From assembly GCA_902500055.1 (NCBI GenBank), contig GCA_902500055.1_4131.1: 64,000 nt of DNA, one strand, 5' to 3'. The DNA is from Escherichia coli (GTDB lineage: Bacteria; Pseudomonadota; Gammaproteobacteria; Enterobacterales; Enterobacteriaceae). The position numbers were made by a program, and so were the translations under genes. The notes under the pieces are model-generated. The model was not told where the DNA came from and searched no databases. It worked only from the letters and a program-made list of their open reading frames with translations. Positions 63,815 to 64,000 of the stretch are shown here, piece after piece (within the stretch, counting starts at the first letter, position 1; each line of letters begins with the position of its first letter).

Positions 63815-64000
63815 TTAGAAATCTTCCAAACTTTTTTCATCACACCATCGTGATGTACAGATGATTGCAGATGCCATAATTGAAGCACTTGCACGTCCTC
63901 CACCGAGTAAGTACTGGCTAATTACACCAATCATATTGAACACTTTATCATACTCGGTTAGTTGTTCAAAACCTTTCTTCCAATGCTGATATTCTTCTTC
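63815..64000 (-). CDS. Hypothetical protein, 3' end only (gene continues beyond the window)
   Basis: The frame is open from the window edge and reads ...EEEYQHWKKGFEQLTEYDKVFNMIGVISQYLLGGGRASASIMASAIICTSRWCDEKSLEDF with its stop at 63815. Confidence 0.5.
   Translation of the reverse strand, partial: EEEYQHWKKGFEQLTEYDKVFNMIGVISQYLLGGGRASASIMASAIICTSRWCDEKSLEDF

Overview
The window looks like part of a large, AT-rich (about one third GC by eye) virulent phage genome. I saw no integrase, transposase, rRNA or CRISPR.

Layout:
- Block 1 (nt 1-11468, + strand) is a tandem array of ten paralogous genes. Nine are RCC1-type beta-propeller repeat proteins and one is a glycine-rich protein. All complete copies start with the same MLPFxRMxKYGN peptide. 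Most copies are separated by a near-identical cassette of terminator hairpin, TATAAT box and AAAGGAGG ribosome-binding site.
- Block 2 (nt 11449-64000, - strand, with one + gene at 40485-41639) holds over 120 tightly packed small genes, often joined by ATGA/TAATG start-stop overlaps. They are driven by many near-consensus TTGACA-N16/17-TATAAT promoters.

Recognisable functions in block 2:
- a sigma-70 family factor
- an HslV-like N-terminal-threonine peptidase
- a P-loop ATPase
- two minimal protein-kinase-like genes, one interrupted by an in-frame TGA
- a PD-(D/E)XK-like nuclease
- five HNH endonucleases
- a C5 cytosine DNA methyltransferase
- six tRNA genes: Thr-UGU, Asn-GUU, CAU, Ser-GCU, Arg-UCU and probably Gly-UCC. 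The CAU tRNA is split in its anticodon loop by a 230-nt ORF-less group I intron.

Observations worth a second look:
- (C)AGTACT(G) palindromes are massively over-represented across the whole window.
- Three expanded paralog families: ten small 3-TM proteins, at least 16 proteins sharing an EE-x-[FY]-F-Q-x-S-T-[VI] motif, and six MTHEEW micro-proteins.
- A UUCG-tetraloop hairpin that carries a -35 box, present in five copies.
- Several ORF-free, hairpin-rich stretches that are candidate ncRNAs.

All calls come from reading the sequence and ORF track. No database search or folding program was run.
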